Assembly (NCBI GenBank): GCA_951406725.2
Contig: OX597817.1
Location: 101,680,001-101,744,000, forward strand
Length of the DNA stretch: 64,000 bases
Reading direction: 5' to 3'
DNA from: Octopus vulgaris
Taxonomy: Eukaryota
The notes under the pieces are model-generated. The model searched no databases. It was given only the letters and a program-made list of their open reading frames with translations, and was not told the origin of the DNA. Of the stretch, positions 56,761 to 64,000 are shown one piece after another (position 1 is the first letter of the stretch; each line of letters starts with the position of its first letter). The position numbers were made by a program, and so were the translations under genes.

Positions 56761-56965
56761 CTATCTACCATAGGCAAGAGGCCTGAAATTTGTGAGAAGG
56801 GGCATAGTTAACTTCATCGACCCCAGTGCCTGAGTGATGCTTAATTTATCGACACCGAAAGGATGAAAGGCAAAGTCGACCTCGGCGGAATCTGAACACA
56901 GAACATAGCGAAGGACGAAATACTGCCAAGCATGTTGCCCGGTGAGCTAAAGATTCTGCCAGCTC
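56760..56965 (-). mobile_element. SINE family A
   Basis: gaaaggatgaaaggcaaagtcgacctcggcggaat...attctgccagctc is the reverse complement of the family A head. Confidence 0.88.
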
Positions 56966-58204
56966 AATAATAATCCTCTCTATTATTGACAAAAGCCCTG
57001 ACATTTTGGGGAGGAGCTAGTCGATGTGATGGGCTTTTCGATCTTCATATTCTTATTGCTACCTCTGTTATTGCCTACCATTTTCCTTTAGTTTGCTTTT
57101 CAACCTCCTCTTGACAGAAAGCACTCGAGTAGCTCTTCATTCACACATATAAGGAGCACTCTAACAGCTTAATTGCTTTCATTTTCGGTCCCATGATGGA
57201 GTATAGAGCAGAAACGGCTTTGTGGTTTTCAGAGACCATTAAGACATGCATATCCATAAGACCCTACGTGCCAGTTACCCGCTTACTTCCTGCCTACTGT
57301 GACATCCACATATGAATGAGAATGTAACGCACCAACTTACCTCGTCCTCGGTTTACAGACCAAGAATCCACTCCCATCTGTGCCTTCCGGTCGATGGAGT
57401 AAGTACCGTACACACCAACAACATCCTGTAATTGCTTCTTTGAGGGGATATGAAAACCACTTATTTCTTTCTCCCTCTTTTTAAAAAAAAAATGAAGCTA
57501 ATAACCGTTTATAAATGTATCTTATGATATGCATCTCTCATGTTCTTTTCTGGGAGCCGACCTATCTTCATTTTCTCCCTCTTATTAGCAATACTAGCAA
57601 AATTGCTACCATTGTTCTACCTGTTAACGTTGTTAGTAATCTTGTTAGGGCACTTGCAATATTTGTTTTTCAGTGTTCAAATCCTGCCAAGATAAACATT
57701 ACCTTTCATCCCTCCGGAGTCGGCTAAAATTAAAGAACCAATCAAGAACTAGGGACAGTTTAGTTATCTAACTCTCTAACCCCTAATCCAAATTTCTAGC
57801 TTTCTGCCTATGTTATTATTTTTTTTCCTTTTTTTAAGTGAAAATTTGTTTTATTTAATTGTTTAAATGTGTGCGTTTTTCCTGGGGAGTTTTATGGTCT
57901 TTAAAATGCTGAATTAATGTTTCCAATATTTTTAAGGAAGTATCTCACTAGCACCTCTTCCTGTTCTTACAGAAGAAACCATATTAAATTACTAGTAAAT
58001 GACGTTTTTAAAAATATATATATCATCATAAAAATGCGGACTTTTCCTCTAGAGTAAACGATTAAACGATCAACATTCTCTTGATTACAAAATGAAATAA
58101 AGAAAATATCTTCCTTCATCAAATACATCGCAGTTAAATTAAATTTCTTGTGTTATCACGAAGATATCCGTACACATCAACATAACAACAACAACAACAA
58201 CAAC

Positions 58205-58236
<32 letters not shown>

Positions 58237-58269
58237 CAACAACAACAACAACAATAATAATAATAATAA

Positions 58270-58940
58270 TCCTTTCTACTATAGGTACAAGGCCTGAAGT
58301 TTGGGGGACGGGATAGTCGATTACATCGACCCTAGTACTCAACTGGCACTTAATTTATCGACCCCGAAAGGATGAAAGGCAAAGTCGACCTCGGCGGAAA
58401 TTGAACTAAGAACGTAAAGACGGGCGAAATACCGATAAGCATTTTACCCAGCATGCTAACGATTCTGCCAGCTCATTGCCTAAAATAATGGTTTCAAATT
58501 TCGACACAAGACCAGAAATTTTGGTTGTAGGGAGATAATCTGTTGCATTGACGCCCAGCGCTCAACTGGTGTTTATTTTATCGACCTCGAAAGAATGAAA
58601 GGCAAAGTCGACCTCGGCTGAATTTGAATTCATAACGTAAAGGCAGACGAAATGTTGCTAAGCATTTTGTCCAGCGTGTTAATGGTTTTGCCATTTCAAC
58701 GACTTTCAAACTGCCCAAATATCGGTTTCAAATTTTGGTACAAGACCAGAAAATTCAGGGGAGGGAATAAGTCAATTACATCTACCCCAGTGTTCAAGTG
58801 TTATTTATTTTATTGACTCCGAAAGGTTGACAGGCAAAGTCGACCTCAGTGGCATATGAACTCAGAGCGTAAAGTCGAAAGAAATGCCGCTAACCATTTT
58901 CCGGTGTGGTAACAATTATGCTAGTTCCCCACTTTAAACC
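58270..58940 (-). mobile_element. Three head-to-tail family A SINEs
   Basis: aggcaaagtcgacctc recurs at ~58377, ~58600 and ~58832. (TAA/CAA)n tail at 58180-58270. Confidence 0.88.
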
Positions 58941-58949
58941 GCCAAATAT

Positions 58950-60870
<1,921 letters not shown>

Positions 60871-60889
60871 CTGGTGCCCCAAGTATGAT

Positions 60890-61760
60890 CAACCAAAACG
60901 TTGTTTTGTAAAGCACTTTACTGCTATAAATCCTCGTTTCTAGGCTTTAAAGATTTCGATGATGTGATGGAAGTTGTGACAATGAAAGTTAATTTGAGGT
61001 TCAAATAAAGGAGGGTTTAATTTTAATTTTAAATAAAGTTGAATCAGTTTACAATTGTATAATGATTTATAATGGTTGAGTCGTGGTCAAGTACTTGGGT
61101 AGTTCGATGAATTTTTAAACGAAATCAAACTATTTTGAACATAAGTAATAAGCTTTTATTGGTTTTTAATATTATATCACAACGTTTAGGGAAATTTACC
61201 GAAGTGAGATTTGGCTTCAATCTGAGCTGTGAAAGTAAACTCGGCATATTTCAACATAATTAAGACTTTTAAAAGTGTTAATTACTTGTAAAAAGTTAAA
61301 GCAATTTTTTTATGTCAGCCGTAACAACGTGCAAAATAGTTTACTGAAGAGGGTGTTTTTTTCTAGATTTGTGCAATTCAGAGTTAGAAAAAACAATACA
61401 ATTTATAGAATATCTTGAAGCAGATTTCGCAGACCTGAAATCAATTGCGTTTGGGTGGTTGGATTTAAGAGCTTTAGAAATTGGGAAAAATTCAATCTAA
61501 TTCTATTTGGAAGCAACACTTCATTACATTTAGAGCTGATTTGGAAGGAGCTGACCATGAACATGTACAAGTGATCGTCAATAATACATTAATGACGTAA
61601 CTAATAAGAGTGTGAAATTGCATTTCCGAAAATTTTGATGCTTTGAAAATTCTTGCAGAAACATTCTTACAAATTTTCTCAACAGCGTATTCATGTGAAA
61701 CATTGCTCTCAACATTAAATACTATTTAAAATCATGAAAACGAAGTGAAATAGAATATGT
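60890..61760 (+). pseudogene. hAT (Charlie/Buster-like) transposase remnant
   Basis: WLSRGQVL at ~61071 and ENFDALKILAETFLQIFSTAYSCETLLSTLN at ~61630-61720 (dimerisation motif). Confidence 0.75.
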
Positions 61761-62269
61761 GATGGCTTAAGGGTTGTCAAAGCACATAGTATTAAATGTA
61801 CACTCTATACACCTCTCATAAATTGTCTTTTAGAATCAATACCAAAAAAGCTATTAATATTAAACTGACTTTTTTATTTTCATTTCTAATATTCTCATTT
61901 TATAAGTAGATTTTAAAATCGCAAGTTATATTTTATTAAACATTATAGTTTTATGAATACATAAGAAAATGAGACACTTCATATAATCATTTTCCTAACA
62001 CTAAAAGAAATTTATACATGTCACACTCCAAAAACATGCTCATTAAAGAAAATAATTATTTGTTGAATCAATGACATATTTAACGATAAAAAATTCAAGA
62101 AACCGACTTAAGAGGTTCACTATCGCTGAGATATTTGGAACTGGAACGAATATCTGAACATTTACAAACATTTTCTGACCATTTTCTTGAAAAGAGGTGA
62201 AGAAACTATAAAAATACAAGGATTTTGAAACTGAGATAGATCACGCAAGTAAAAACTCTCACAATAATG

Positions 62270-62477
62270 GATTTAAATGTTGGCACAAGGCCACCACTTT
62301 TTGGGAAGGAGGTTAGTCGATTACATCGACTCTGGAATTCAATAGCTACTTATTTTATCGACCCAAAAGGATAAAAAGCAAAGTCGACGTCGGCGGAATT
62401 TGAACTCAGAATATAATGGGTCGGAAGAATAAGCATTCTTTCCGGTGCAGTCATGACTATGCCAGCTCATCGCCTTA
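62270..62477 (-). mobile_element. SINE family A
   Basis: aagtcgacgtcggcggaatttgaactcagaa...gccagctcatcgcc. Confidence 0.85.
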
Positions 62478-63185
62478 AAAACAAGTAACAGTAATATCTG
62501 GAGTATGATTAAAACAACATGAACACACTAGGCTCACAAAGTTACATACCATCCAAAAATAACCTTGTTATGCACATTTTACATCCTACGCTGGACATTT
62601 TATATTCAGTAGCCCATCTCAAACAGTACATTCACTGCACACAGCACTTACTCTATATGGTCGTCATTCATTTTAATAGCTTAATTCATGCAACTCATGA
62701 TCAGCCCCAGTTAAAACTACATAGCAGATACTCGACACTATCACAATTCACATAACTAATACTCTACACTTCTGCTACCCATAACACACCACATATTCTA
62801 TATTACAGCTTGGCACTAAAACACTTAACAGAAATTACATAGAACACGCGAAACACCACCTAAGAAAATAACATAAATTATTCTGCATATACTCTACTCA
62901 ATAGGCGATACGCAAGTATAACACCAGGTACAACATTTCAACTCACAACAAAACTGATATGTGTACAAATGAAGAACCTATTCTTCAAAGTGGGTTTACA
63001 TAAAGTGACGTGTAAAAAGTCAATAACAATGAAAAATATAACAAAGAAAATGCGTAAAAGGGGCAAGTAACACTGACCTACTTATAGAAACCCCACGAAA
63101 AATGCACATGCGCCGCGACCACTAGGGTAACAGCCCTTTCCCCATCTTTCTCCCTCTCTCTCTCTCTCTTTCTCTCTCTCTCAGC

Positions 63186-64000
63186 CTTGGAACCTCAAAA
63201 GCGCATGCTCAAAGTAGGCCCATTGACACGGATCATCTTCACCACATTTACCCACCTTTTAACAAAATTGCTGGATGCCAGCACTTCTCTCTCAACCCTC
63301 ACTTTCTTCTTCAGATGGTATCTGAAAAAGTTGATGCGGGCTAGGCCAGAAAGAAAAGTATTTGTCTTCAGGCCTTTCAGTCTAGACCACCACACAACCT
63401 CTTTCGCTACAGCCATATGACAGATGAAAGTCGGCTAAAGGAAGGCGACGGGGCAGTCTTCATGATGGAATCAGCCGACAAGCGGACACGTCCTACACGT
63501 GACAGCAGGTGTTCGACATAAACCCATATATCAGATATGCTCGGACACTGGATGAGTGCGTGCAGAACGGTTTCGTCACTCTGTACACATCTCGGACAGG
63601 TCCAACTGACGGCATTTCCATGCCTGTAGAGTTTATCTCAACAGGCAAAGCCCCGCTGTAGCACTGTCAGGCCAGGGATTTCTGGAAGTTATCCGAAAGT
63701 CCTCCGGAACAGATTGACGAGTTGGAATTCATCGACGCCTAAAGTTTCCCCAAGAACGTCGACGTTTCCTTTTTCCACTAACCCTCTATACAACGTCATA
63801 GTAGAACTTCCACTAACCGCATTGCCCGACTGCCTGAGGAGCGTGAGCGACTGACGATACTGAAGGTGCCAGACGCCCAGCTTCGGTCTATGCTTGATCT
63901 AAGATTGCAACTCACTCAAAGAGACGAGCTGCGGGAAAGCGAGTCTGACAAACGGCGACCAGACTTGCTCACCTTTGTCGAGGAAACGTTGGATGTGCTG
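63186..64000 (-). mobile_element. L1/Tx1-clade LINE ORF2 3' end, running off the window
   Basis: Minus: NFQKSLA*QCYSGALPV, CPRCVQSDETVLHALIQCP (CCHC), AKEVVWWSR..F..RW, with frameshifts. Confidence 0.85.

Noticed and set aside
63150-63185. (GA)n as the specific target of the Tx1-like element
   Set aside because: It lies only ~10 nt past the stop codon and may be part of the 3'UTR. The other junction is outside the window.

Overview
AT-rich, microsatellite-saturated animal genomic DNA. The SINE families and repeat landscape point to a coleoid cephalopod, probably Octopus (inference from memory, no database search). Most long ORFs in the track are translated microsatellites. The recognisable coding sequence all belongs to transposons: (1) a near-intact ~4 kb R4/Dong-clade retrotransposon (52645-56609) ending in (TAA)n, plus at least 6 decayed relatives; (2) two 1.3 kb mariner copies, one nested at a TA inside a Dong remnant; (3) three Penelope-like elements, two Naiad-type and one Neptune-type; (4) four Helitron-derived segments; (5) L2, RTE, Tx1/L1, hAT, maT and Tc1-like remnants; (6) many tRNA-derived SINEs. 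Features outside the ORF track: several hammerhead ribozyme motifs (best at 29995-30052 + and 2965-3012 -), a templated inversion/duplication at 42004-43458, a 166-bp tandem repeat inside a Helitron, short palindromes centred on TA repeats, a homeodomain/P3-site cluster, and a possible signal-peptide exon at 7007-7131. No complete host gene could be established. Boundaries of decayed elements are approximate.
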